DNA of 64,000 nt, from positions 372,001 to 436,000 of the forward strand of contig CDRNST010000114.1 of NCBI GenBank assembly GCA_977016875.1, in the 5' to 3' direction. Shown here piece by piece: positions 51,311-63,189 of the stretch. Source of the DNA: Pavona decussata. Taxonomy: Eukaryota. A program made the translations under genes and the position numbers. The stretch's first letter is position 1, and every line of letters starts with the position of its first letter. The notes under the pieces are model-generated. The model did no database searches. It saw only the letters and a list, made by a program, of their open reading frames with translations, and was not told the DNA's origin.

Positions 51311-52942
51311 TACAGTAAAAACCGGTTTGGCGGTATTTGTACAATAAAAAACCGGTTTGCAAACGTCAGTTCTCCCTCATAGTTTTCTTTGAAACGAGTC
51401 AGATACGCTACGATATTCGTAGTTAGTAAATTGTACAGTGGAAATAGGTTTAGCGGTTAATTATGCAGTAAAAGACCGTTTTGCTAAAGCGCGTGCGCAT
51501 TCATCCTGTTTCAGTTCTCCCTCGTAGTTTCCATCGCCACTCATGAGAAAAACTCAATTTGGATGATAACTGAAACTCTCGTTGGACATTTTGGTGCGTG
51601 GCATCGCTGTTTATTTTTACCTAACACGTCTTCGTTTAGGGCATTATTTCAACAGTTTGATTGTCATTTTGCTTAGTGTTATCAGTTGAGCGTGACCTTG
51701 ACTGTAAAAGTGGTTTGTATTTAAATAATCATGTTTTTTAGATGCCTATAAGCTCGCGAAATAAAACTGAACATCAACTCCCAATTCGTAAAATACCAAG
51801 TTGTATCACACAACTTACGTGAACGCATGCCATTTCTCGACTATTTTATCATTGTCGTGCACTTGTCTTTACATGCAGAACATTTTCCGGAAAAAATTCG
51901 TAATTGATGTCGCCAGAGTTAAATGTTATCGCTCTTTTATGCACAGGATCAACCGCTTAACTTGATTGTAGGCTAGCACCAGAATATTGGTATTACGTCC
52001 AAACACGTTATGATATATGATTGCACTGAGCTACAGAACCAGTTTTTAAGACAGGCAGAGTTAGAAAAACTGTTACAGAGTAAGGAAATAATTTTACCTC
52101 GTCTTTTGAGAATCACGACAATAAAATTTTAAAAAAAGGCACAGTTGTAAATTTTAGACATATTAACACGTGGTCTTTCATTAGGTAGATAACTGAGATA
52201 TGGCGGACATAAAATGCGTTTAGAGAGTTACATCCTTTTAGATATGATGACATTAAACTTATTATGGCTGTAAACAAAGACGAGCGAACTAACGCAAATA
52301 TGGACGCAATAACAATCGTCGACGCAAAAAAAAATGGAAAAATTTCCACTTTCCTGCGATTCTGTTTGTTTGCGAGCATAGCTTGTGCTCGTTCTTACGC
52401 TTGCGGTGCGCGTGTGAACTAGCCCTTACGGTAGCTCGTAACCAAATAATATCGGAGTCAGATCATTTTTCATCCAAAACATTGTCATTTCTTGTTAGAA
52501 AGCTGTAGCATTTTTCTGCACGCAGGACATTTTGAAGAAAAAATTCTTAACTCAACTAACGTGATTTCAATTATAGAATTTTTACAATCATGATTTGGTT
52601 TCTCTTATGAGAAAAAACATGTAAATGATTGGCTAACGTTACCAAACATTTATATTACTGAAAAAGTCGTCAAGTTACGTGGTTTCGATCATGGAACAAT
52701 TTGTGAGGATGTGGTTTTTCTATAGAATGACTACGGGTTTTCTATTTTGAGAAAAACTGTCAATTGCCTAGCGACAGAATTGTGTGCTTTCTTAAACCGC
52801 AGCATTATGACTCATTTGAATGAGAAGCACAATGATAAAAAAAGCCGATCATATTCCCTAACGTGAATTTTTTTCCCTTTCAAGAAGCATTCAAAAACGA
52901 AGAAGTTGATATTAGTACAGATATGATGGAGCTAAGACCCCT

Positions 52943-53268
52943 CCCGGGGGGGAAGGGGTGTGGATTACTCCTCGGAATTTTTGGCAGGAGTGTGCGGCTC
53001 AGTTCTCCAAACCCTAACCCTATGTCAAACTAAAATATGTGATTTTCAGGTACCCTTTTTGAGACCAGGACCCTAACATTGGTAACTATTTTCAGTTCAG
53101 ACCGGCTCTCTAGAATCCATACCCTTTTTCAGACTTTCAAACCAAAATGGTTAAAATCTTTACTATATTTCTGACCAAAATGGCTCAAAAACTATACCCT
53201 TTAGCGCTGCACATACCGATAAGGCTTATATAGGGGAGTATCACCCCCCCCCCCCCCTCAAATCCGGG
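52943..53268. mobile_element. MITE with G-run/C-run ends
   Basis: CCCGGGGGGG...TACTCC at left and GGGGAGTA..CCCCCCCC..CCGGG at right; internal ACCCT-TTT-AGACC repeats. Confidence 0.65.
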
Positions 53269-54171
53269 ACTAAAAACCATCTGATAAGGTACTGTCTCGC
53301 ATATCCTGAAAATTGAATTATGATTATTACTAATTGCGTACAAGACATTGCTATCATATCAGAGAGCCCAAAAAAAATTTCTCTTCATGTACAATTCCAT
53401 ATCCAAACGTTTGTCAGGTCAAGTGAATTTCAATTATTCAGTCCACTTTACTAATGAGGATTCAGTCATGCAACCTCTTTATTGTCTCCATCGATGGTTC
53501 CATGAGTTGCTAAGAACGTACTTCATATGCGAACAGCAACCGATATCCAAGCGTCACGTTTTAACTCACATAGTGCATCATTTGTCAGGTTAGTTGTGAT
53601 CCTGTGCACGTTCTACTGTCACTAGGAGGATACTCGTCTTTCGGAGAGTAGAAACATGAACGTGAGAATTCAGCAATTGAAATCAGTCAGGAATTCTAAA
53701 AGCCCTAGCTACTGACTGTTTATGGTGATATTGTCGAGAGCATGATATGAAGACTTTTGAGCGAGTTCAGGTTATAGGCAATTTAGATGTTGGAGGAAAT
53801 AACCCCGCATAAGCAGCCAGCAACTTCGTTTTGATGCCCACATTCACTGACTAACAAATTTAGCCAAAGGATTATCGGTCGTGTCAAGGCCAATTTACAC
53901 GTCTCGACTTATCGGCCAGGGTTCAATCGGATGAACCAATTTACACGGCTACAATTTGTCGGCCGATCTTTTTTTCTACTGCTGTAGCGCGGGATGAAAA
54001 TCCGCCAGAATTAAAAAATTTGTAACACTGTCACAGATTTTTGAAACTCGGACCGATATTTGTCCGTCTTTGTCATATTGGGCCAAATCGATCCGATTAG
54101 TTAGTACGTTTACATTAGTCTTTACATTGACTACGAACTGATTAAAAAGAAACACTCGTCCAAACATATGT

Positions 54172-54558
54172 CAGGGGCACCCAACGGATCGTTTCGGTAA
54201 ATTATCTGCTCGGAAGTCCCTTAATCCCCTACAATTTTCTGAGGGTAATTTTCACCACGAACTTTCGTGATATGGAAATTTTAAGGCCTAGTGTTTTTGA
54301 ATTGATAAAAATGTCGTTTCGGGTACCGAAAAAAGGTCAGCTAAGATTTTCGGAAAGGAAATAAGACCTAAGTTTTTCGGGAAAGGGACAAAAATGCCCT
54401 AGTAATTTCGAAAAGATTGAAGTTCCCCTACAATGACTGAACAGATAAAAATATTACAGCGTGACCTGAAATGAACCTACCGAGCTCTAGAGGCTCTCCA
54501 GATAGCTTAAAGCAGTGTTTCAAAGGATCTGAGAGAAAACTGTCGTTGGGTGCCCCTG
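54172..54558. mobile_element. MITE with 14-bp TIRs and target duplication
   Basis: CAGGGGCACCCAAC / GTTGGGTGCCCCTG; ATATGT on both flanks (54166-54171, 54559-54564). Confidence 0.85.
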
Positions 54559-55428
54559 ATATGTTTGATGAAGTTTGTCACAAATTTCTCAAAATTCTTG
54601 AATGTTTCGATTTGAAGACAGTCATTGTTGAACTGGACTTTCGTACCTACCAAAGTCCAATTTCACATTACAAGATTTAAATTGAAAACTATAAGGTAAT
54701 GGCAATGGACGTCATTTTAAGACGCTGACAGTATCGGCGATAACATCGTCTCCCGCGACGGTAACCACGCGTTTTAATGGTATCTACATCTCATTTACCT
54801 TGACTTTTAAACTTTCATCGCGATGTTTACGTTACGGTACAGGTAAGCAACGGAAACCCGCGTTTGTCTGATTTGCACGTCATCTTTTGGGAGCACGGCC
54901 GTGCGTTTGTCGAGAAATGTACCATGATGACGCCAATAGGAATTAGATAGGGAAGCACGCGCGCTATGTTATAATCCTAATTGTTTGAGGTTTTCTCTGT
55001 TAAAATTCATTTGATTTTAGGAAGAAAAATATCACTTTATTCGCCGGCGCTATGTTTTTCTCAGTTATTGAGCGCGCGCTGACACGCATCATCAGTTTTC
55101 ACCACAGAACGCGCACTAAAAACCTGTGTTCCACCTTAAAAGCGAATGCAAAAAGGACGCGTAACGCGGTTTAATTAGATCCCAAAACCTTGCTATTTAT
55201 TTGCTAGTTGGTAATGAGTTCTGTCTTCTGACCCACCGACGTTACGATAAAAAGAAAGAGACATGGAGTACCTGAGCATTAGTAATTCCACTGTTATAAT
55301 TATATGACCGAAACCCGTGACATTCCTACGTTTAACTTCGCCCTATTTGCTACGCGCTATTTGTGTGGCTCTTTGAAAGATTAACCGTAGATACAGTATG
55401 ACTTATTATTGTGTTATAATTATAATAT

Positions 55429-55472
55429 TATTGTATTGTATTGTATTGTATTGTATTGTATTGTATTGTATT
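55429..55472. repeat. (TATTG)n microsatellite
   Basis: Eight perfect pentamers plus degenerate flanks. Confidence 0.95.
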
Positions 55473-55829
55473 ATTATTGTATTGACTACTCATGTGCGTC
55501 CTCTAAAACGGCGGGGGAATGAGTACGAGCGATTGGACTTGAAGTTATTGTGATGCTCGATAGTTTCCCTGGTACACTGCACTCACAGGGATTCTGTAAC
55601 TCTCGTGATCTGAGTGTTGGGACGGACTCGAAGACATCGCTTATGCCTCGTTATAGGGTATGCTTTGCTGTGAGCTTAAATAGGCTGTATAGTAGTGAAA
55701 CGTGTTATAGAAACACCCTTGCATTGTTTTTACGACGAGGAACTTCTGCCTACCATTGTCATTTTAAACAGGAATTATGTAAACTATGTTTCGGACTGTG
55801 ACGATAGCAAAACTTCATTCTGTTGAAGG

Positions 55830-55872
55830 ATGCACTTGCGAACCACCCATTGTATTTTCAAACACAAATTAG
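55830..55872 (+). CDS. Possible upstream coding exon of gene C (MHLRTTHCIFKHKL-)
   Basis: ATG at 55830 and donor TAG|GTAAAC in phase 1, compatible with the 58413 acceptor; no other support. Confidence 0.25.
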
Positions 55873-56812
55873 GTAAACTAAACTTTTTTCAAGAAAGTCC
55901 CAATTTTATGTCGTTTTGTGTAGCTAATTGTAAGCAAATATTTCAAAGCAATTTTCCTTCGTGACCAATACAGCTGTTCCTTTTATCTTTATTCTCTAGA
56001 CACGCAACATCAACTCCTTCAAGAAACGTTAGCCAGTGTCCACTTACTACAAGTATTATAAGTAACCTTACAGGGATCTTAGGTTTGATGTAATGGAAGA
56101 AAACTTACAGGTGAATTTCCAGTTGCAAAGTCGCAAAACGTGATAGGCATAACTATCTGTTCAAATTATAGTTTGGGAGGATCTACCTTGTCACACTAAA
56201 TTGAACTTGCATGTCAAAACCAGGAGACAGGTTCTGGTTATGAGGAAAAGGTTATCACTTAAACGTTTTCATGAGTCATTTTCAAAATTACTAATACCAT
56301 GACTACAACGCCTCAAAATCACTAACACTGTTGTCTATACTGACTTGAACCCCAAAACTGCACGAAATCTTTTTTCAAATGGGTCCGTACTCATTTTGCC
56401 CAGTTAACAAGTTTGGTACGCAATTAAGAAGTTTGGCGCTTAAATGCTAAAGGATGAGAAAATTTGCGCACATTTTGCAACAATACTAAAAGCTACTTTT
56501 CAGTCTTTTCGGAGCCAGCACAACTGAAATTCGCTGAGGGTAAAAGAAGAAATGAGTTGACACCTTTGTGGAATGGCATAATTATGGGAAAAATCAGTGA
56601 TTGAATGCGATAAAGTTGCTGAAGAGCGCGTCCTGTTTCGAGCTAATTTAACAAGAGCACTGAGCAGCTTTTACATGATGAGGGCTCTACTGACTACGAG
56701 AACAACAGGAAATCTACAGATTAAGGATTTGAAAATACAAGGGAAAAAAACATGTTTGATCGCTGGTTAGGAAGAAGTAACGGCGGCGAAAAAAAATTAG
56801 TAAATACTGTAT

Positions 56813-57290
56813 ATACACCCGTAAGCGGACACCGTTGGCACCAGAAAAACTGTCCGCTTAAGAGAGGTGTCTGCTTATGAGATGTTGAAAATGTAGTGTT
56901 TGTATGTAGCTGAGAACATGACCAAGTGTCCGCTTAAGAGAGGTGTCCGCTTATGAGAGGTTGAAAATGTAGTGTTTGTATGTAGCTGAGAACATGACCA
57001 AGTGTCCGCTTAAGAGAGGTGTCCGCTTATGAGAGGTTAAAAATGTAGTGTTTGTATGTAGCTGAGAACATGACCAAGTGTCCGCTTAAGAGAGGTGTCC
57101 GCTTATAGGAGGTTAAAAATGTAGTGTTTGTATGTAGCTGAGAACATGACCAAGTGTCCGCTTAAGAGAGGTGTCTGCTTATGAGAGGTTGAAAATGTAG
57201 TGTTTGTATGTAGCTGAGAACATGACCAAGTGTCCGCTTTCGAGAGACGCCCGCCTACGGGAGGTGTCCGTCAGCGGAGGTTTGACTGTA
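56813..57290. mobile_element. pogo/Tigger-like MITE containing a 76-bp tandem array
   Basis: Right end GGAGGTTTGACTGTA (TA-terminated); left part TAAGCGGACACC is inverted relative to the GGTGTCCGCTTA sub-repeats; left terminus degenerate. Confidence 0.7.
56851..57239. repeat. Tandem array, 5 near-identical 76-bp units plus a partial unit
   Basis: Units start at 56851, 56927, 57003, 57079, 57155 and 57231. Confidence 0.97.
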
Positions 57291-57935
57291 GCTTTCACAT
57301 TCGTGCTGAATGTTGTCGAATTTTCACCTTGCGAGTTCCATGTAATGTGCAAAAAGAACGTGGCTGCGTGTGAACTTATCAAGGCATAAAACGCAATAGC
57401 AGAATAGAAAAATAACATTTTCTGCAAAACCCTAACGGTTATTTATCTGGATGTGAGAAACTTTGAAATTAAACTCGACTGTTTCATTGACCCTGTGAAC
57501 ATTCAACCGTATTCTAAGCGACTCATAGGCAAAAAGTTCTACGTTTTGTCACATTGTATTTCCAGTTGTCGAGCTTCTGAGCTAATCGGGACTGGCTTTT
57601 TACCCAAACATGGGATTATCAGTGCACTATATATCAATACGTTCGCATCTCAAGTTTGAACACATCCGACGAAAAATCACTTGCTAGAGATAGCTCCAGT
57701 AGTTTAACTTATCAATTCTGAAGTAAACATGTCAAATTTTACGCACATTCGGATTCTCTTGTAAAAAAAAAAGCAAAGGCAAGCACTCACATCTCACTCA
57801 ACGATGTAGCCGGAGTTTCCCAGCGATGATTGCTGTTGCGAATTTGATTTTTGCCTCAACAAGACGTCCAGCTACTGCTCCGTGTAAAACTTTAATGTGT
57901 TATCTTTGATCTTTGTATTTATTCGTTTATATTAT

Positions 57936-58373
57936 ACACGCTCATCCACCTCCAGAACGTTTTACGTTAAAAGCTCTAGATTAGAAATACAGTAGCTTTC
58001 TTTTTCTCGACTTGGTGTTAAGCTGTGGAATGAGATACCATTTCATATAACAGACCTGCCGAAGGAAACACTCAAAATGGTACTTCGCCAATTGCTTTTT
58101 GATGTCCTGGAAAAAGAAGATGACTTTCATTGAAATCCCTATATGATAATTAAAAATGTAGGACTAACTAAATAATTGTTCCATTTACTATTATTACTTT
58201 TATTCTGTGAACTAGTTTAAAAATACTTTAAATCTGTTACTACGCAGAGTTTTTGCATGTCTGTATTTGTAAGTTCCTGTTACTTTTCTCACGTGTTCGT
58301 GTATTCGTCTTGTCCCGCTTCGATTAGTTTTGTAACTACTTGCGGGACAAGCCATTTATTTGTTGTTGTTGTT
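57936..58373 (+). mobile_element. 5'-truncated L2-clade (Crack/Daphne-like) LINE 3' end
   Basis: Translates TRSSTSRTFYVKSSRLEIQ*LSFSRLGVKLWNEIP...LFDVLEKEDD; 3' stem-loop CTTGTCCCGC (58309-58318) / GCGGGACAAG (58342-58351); (TTG)n tail. Confidence 0.75.
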
Positions 58374-58432
58374 TTATTCTTTTCTTTATTCCTTTGTTTT
58401 TCTTAATTGCAGGACAAAAACCACGAGTAGCG

Positions 58433-58532
58433 ATGCGCCTTTCTTCTAAATACTCCACAGTAGGCCTAGCATGCGAGTCGTCGCCATTGAACGACATTTC
58501 TTCACCTACGACAGATACCCGGCAGAATCGTG
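58433..58532 (+). CDS. Gene C, short coding exon (exon spans 58413-58532; MRLSSKYSTVGLACESSP...)
   Basis: Long polypyrimidine tract and TTGCAG| before 58413, donor GTG|GTATGT after 58532; 120 nt, phase 1-1; peptide similar to the start of the next exon and of gene B's large exon. Confidence 0.75.
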
Positions 58533-58875
58533 GTATGTTACTGGTCTCACACTTCATGCACCCTTTATGTGTCTACCAATAGTTTTTCTCCGTTAAAACC
58601 TTTATGCCATAAGTGAAAGAATGAGTTTCATCTTCCAACTTTGCCTCTAAATATATCCCTCTATATATCACAGAAACCACCACCATCTCAAAAGACCTTT
58701 CCCATAAATTTTTATCAAACTCTCCACTATGCGGGCGTTGGCACGGTCTGAGGAAGAGTACCTTGCAGGTACTAGTCCCACGGACTGTTCACAGGAAGGA
58801 GCAAAAATAATCTTGAGGGGAAAGTCCCGGAGACTTGTCCCTTTAATTCAAACCAGTTTGATTTTGAGAATGATG

Positions 58876-59011
58876 TATTATTCAGTGGTGACACAGGCAT
58901 ACTCGGAATGCTTCTATCAGGAGTCGAACCTGAGACCTTCCGATTACTAGTTCGGATGCTCTACCGCTGAGCTACAGGAGACTCGTGGGAACTAGGGCCA
59001 TTAAACTAGGT
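58876..59011 (-). mobile_element. tRNA-derived SINE fragment (tRNA-Thr-like), nested in a GGGACAAGTC-type repeat (~58731-59395)
   Basis: Minus strand TAGCTCAGCGGTAGAGC (A box/D arm), TCCGA-actagtaa-TCGGA (8-nt loop), CAGGTTCGACTCCTG (B box/T arm); poor acceptor stem. Confidence 0.75.
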
Positions 59012-59705
59012 TTTGATTTTTTGGAATCAAGACCTCCCTGGCTATTTTTTTTTTTCCTTTTTTTTTTAACGAAAATCGACAGTTCACACGAATCGGCTAG
59101 TCTCTACAACGAGTGCCGTGGCCCTGTCCCCTCGAGTATGCCGACTTTAAACCCCAACTTTTCAGTTGAATAAAAATCGGCACACACGATGGTGTCCAAT
59201 CGTGTTAACTACCCATTTTCTTCAAAAAAACCTTTTCGCAGTGCCACTTGTCCCCGCTCGAATTGGGTTTAAATTGAAGGGGCAAGTCCCCCGGAATTAC
59301 CATGCTTGTCCCTTGGTGTACATGGGACAAGATTCTGCATGTTTATACTGCAGGGAACTTGTCCCAGGGACAAGTCACCTCTACGTGCCTACCTTAACAC
59401 GAAGAAAGTCTTGTAAAGAATCCTTCAGCATTAGTCACGCAAAATCATAAGAAATAGTATAATACTATTACAGTCAGTTTTAGACCACAAAACCCATGCT
59501 CTGTATTAGAAACTGAAATAAATTGGGTCCGTTTCGTGAAAACGTCCCTCAGTAAAATCTCCAAAGGTGGCCCAATGTGCCCTCAGAAGCTAATCTGTTG
59601 AATAAACCCGGAAAGTGTGTCCCTGCAAGGTTTACGGTAAATGTACTTTATGACGTATCCATTCTCAGTAACGCATCGCCGGTTTATACTTTTGCTATTA
59701 CTTAG

Positions 59706-61450
59706 ATCTGAAGCCTTCAGCCCTCAGTGGGACGGTGTGCCTCCCTTCACAACCTTCTACAGTGGGTCTGGCCTGTAAATCATCGCCATTTAGCGACCCA
59801 TGTGCACCACAACTGATCAAACGAACATCACAAGACCTGCGCTTGCTTCCAGTTTACAACCGCTACTACGCACACACATGCATTCCGCCGGGAAATACTT
59901 TGCCGTGTCCAGGCCAACAAGTCTTGCCACCGACTGAAGTCGTGAATGAGTACTGGACTAGGCAATCCAATTACGGTCATCTATGTGTGTGTTCGTATGA
60001 TGGAGGTTGTCAAGGAAACGTTCTAAGCTATTACACACTCATTTGCCACTGTGACCACCTTCACTCAAAGCGGTCACGGTTAGCGGGTCATCCAGTGTAT
60101 CACAAGGCACTCTATAGCCAAGAAAGCCAGCCCACAAGAAAACAACCCAGCCAACAAAACTCGAGTTCAATCCACTTTCCTCCGCCCCTTGAAGTGAGGC
60201 GTTCAGCGCACCATGGTACACTTGATGAAAGAGTTATTCAGCATTCCAGAAGAGCACCTTGTCAAGCAATTCCAAGGCTGCCTCGCCTCACAACGACGGA
60301 AGTAAGACAGCCTTTGTCTGAAAAAGCAAGCATTGATGACGCACTTGAAATTCGCGTCCAGGCACAACGTTACCAAGCCCTGAGGAATAACAATGAAGAT
60401 TACAAGAAACAGTGGAGACAAAGGGGAAGGAATCAGCCAAGATCTCCCGAACCAACCCATCCGCTGGTTCAAAAAGGTTTTGGAACGGCCGTGCGAAAAG
60501 AACAGATAACGGATCATGTTTTATACCGTAAGGACGTGTCCGCTCAACAGAAAGCCACGTCTAACAGAATTGAAAAGATAACCGATGAATACATTGATGA
60601 CAGGGTGACCCACTCAGGACAATCTATTTATTCATCATCACCTTCTAGTCAGGAAACAAGCAATGAGGGAACCTCCCGCCTTATTACACTCAACGAAGTT
60701 AACAAGAGTCCCCTACTATCACGTTCTTCTCAAAATAACATTACTGCAAATACAGTGTATCAAGAACATTACATTGAAGATGGCGACCACGGCGCATACT
60801 CTTTCGATCACAGCTGTCTTCCAAGAATCGTGGCCGTGCAAACATTACTGCAAGATAATGAGGAAAATACCCGTACAAACGATATGCACGCAGACAGAGA
60901 GCTGAACTCAGCTGAAAAGATACGGGGTGATAATTTGTTGAATGGTTTCTCATCAGGCGAAGAAGATGAACAATTGTTAGAACAAAACTTCGAAAATTCG
61001 CCAGAAAGGTTCCAAGTTCAGTCCATACAAACTTGCACCCATCCAGCTCTTCATCAACCAGTCGCACAAGTGACTAAAACAGAATCAGCTTTGGTGAAAG
61101 GCTCGTGCGAGAAACAAGATCATACTCAAAATAAAAATACTCCGAAATGGGGATGTGCACAAGCCCCAGCCCTTGCAAAACAGATATGGTCATTTAACGA
61201 TCTTCTGCCAACAAACGAACTAAGTACTAGCGCTGAGGAAACGCACCAAAGTCGAAACGACGAGGCCCTTTTGAAGTTACGCGACAAAATTCAGGTTGTC
61301 GATGAGAGAATTCAAAGAGAAGTGATCCCCCATAAAAAGGCGACTCTCCTCTGGGTCAAGAAGGAACTCATCACACAACTAAGGGAACTGAATGCCATAG
61401 AGAGTGAAGTTGACTTTATCAAGAGGAAGATTAAAATAGAGGAACCGTGA
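59706..61450 (+). CDS. Gene C, large terminal coding exon (uncharacterised ~614-aa protein, probable paralogue of gene B)
   Basis: Acceptor TATTACTTAG| before 59706 (phase 1), in frame with the 571-aa ORF; shares LPRIVAV and the C-terminal ERIxxExIPxKK module with gene B. Confidence 0.92.
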
Positions 61451-63189
61451 ACTCCTCGCGGGGAGCGTTCTACCCCATAGACAATGACTGTCTAAACTGT
61501 ATTTTGTTAGCCGTGCAGGTTCTACTAGGAATGAGTAGTAATTGCGACCCTTGTAGTGAGACCGAGTGATAGGATGTGAATTGTTGATTACGTAAGTCTG
61601 TTGCTTTGACTTGAAAAGGGATATTTTTGACATTTGCAGTGGTTAGAGATGAACCGTAGAAGTAAACAGAGTGCCGGGCGAGTCAATGAAGGCTGACCAT
61701 GTGATGTTTTACCGAACAACGCGACGGAAGGTCTTTGCACGGGATACAGAACATTTTCCGTTTTATCTAATAACTGTGTACCAGGAGCCTTGCGTTCGAT
61801 ATCATGTTGTTGTTTTTTCGCGTAAGTAAAAACGCGCGCTCTTACTGGTCGAAAGCTGCGTTTCTGTCACTATATGGAAACACGGACATTACAGGGACAC
61901 AAATAGATTAGATTGAGATAAACTGTAGAGGAATCACGAGTGCATGTGGTACTGCTGCGAGTCCTCGTAAGCGTTTTTTAGCCAACTTGGGAACGCCTTT
62001 ACTGAAGACCACTTTCTCAAACCAGCTGTAAAATACTTTCATTACTTTTAAATTAACATCGACCTAGGAGCCACTCAGCTAGTTAAGTTCATCAAATCTT
62101 CCCGCGCCAGTAGGCGCATAAGGCCGAATATTATATATTATACTATACATTATACTAATTCCAATCATAGGAAATATTTATGTACGTAAAAAAAAAAAGT
62201 TCGGACGAAAAAAATGTCTGACAATTTTCCGTCCAAACAAAAACATAGTCGGCACATTTTACCGTCCGAGCCGGCATCCTCCATTATGCAGGGTCTGAAA
62301 TTTACGGTCGTCCAGTCGTCAGAAACGATCAGAATTTTACTCTGACGGCCAGATTGTTGCCCATTGACCCACCATATTTTAAAAGGCCAACTTCTTCGAG
62401 ATATGATGTTAAAAGACCCAAAAAGTTAAGTAATCTCAGCTCGAAACGTCTGCATGAGAAATGGCGCAATTTAAAAAACAACCGTTCATTTGTTTCATAA
62501 TAATCGCTTTCCCAACGTTTTTTCAGCCATCTTATGTTCATGTTATTGCTGAGCAATAACATCTAAACTCTAGTTTTCAACTCCCTGTAATTGTCAAATG
62601 GAAGATTCAGCGAGGCACAAAACAGCTTTACTTTATTTCCCTATTTCACTAATACATGGTGTAAAAGAAAAGACGCATCAAAACAGTCACAGAAATCGAA
62701 AAAAGAAAACTCGAACAGAGCCACATGCTTGAGAAACACGGCTTCGAAAATTCCAAACCGGCTGACCGTGCATGGTCAAAGTGTCATATAATCTTACTAC
62801 CTCCAAGCCGGCCATAAGCATTTGCCAATAATATACGAAGTGATGGCATATTACATTTGTTGTTTTCGGGTGACAGAATAGATTTCATCTTGGACGTCTA
62901 GATATGAAAAGAGTCGAAAAGAGACAATGTTGTTGCCCAATGGGCAACGCCCTTGAAAAGTTAATTTCAGACCCTGTAAATAGAGTATGTACAATTTTAT
63001 CGGATAAATGTGTAAATAAAACTGGTATTTTTAAGAATTTTAGTGGTGGGGCTCACGAAAATGCTCAACAGTTTGACACCGTTCGCCTGCATAACAAATT
63101 GAGACATCTAATTATCGTATTAGTGCTGCGAGTTTTGAAATTTGTTGGATTAATAACGAAAAGAGGAGTAGCATTTACTTTTGATACAC

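Noticed and set aside
9978-54558. The same repeat near each of genes A, B and C as a relic of the gene duplication
   Set aside because: A fourth copy lies at 40864, all copies share plus orientation regardless of gene strand, and the proteins are too diverged for neutral DNA to remain alignable; independent insertions are more likely.
56851-57239. CRISPR-like regularly spaced repeats
   Set aside because: The intervening sequences are identical rather than unique spacers, there are no cas genes, and the context is eukaryotic; it is a tandem array within a MITE.
58909-58982. tRNA-Thr gene
   Set aside because: 8-nt anticodon loop, mismatched acceptor stem, and embedded in repeats.
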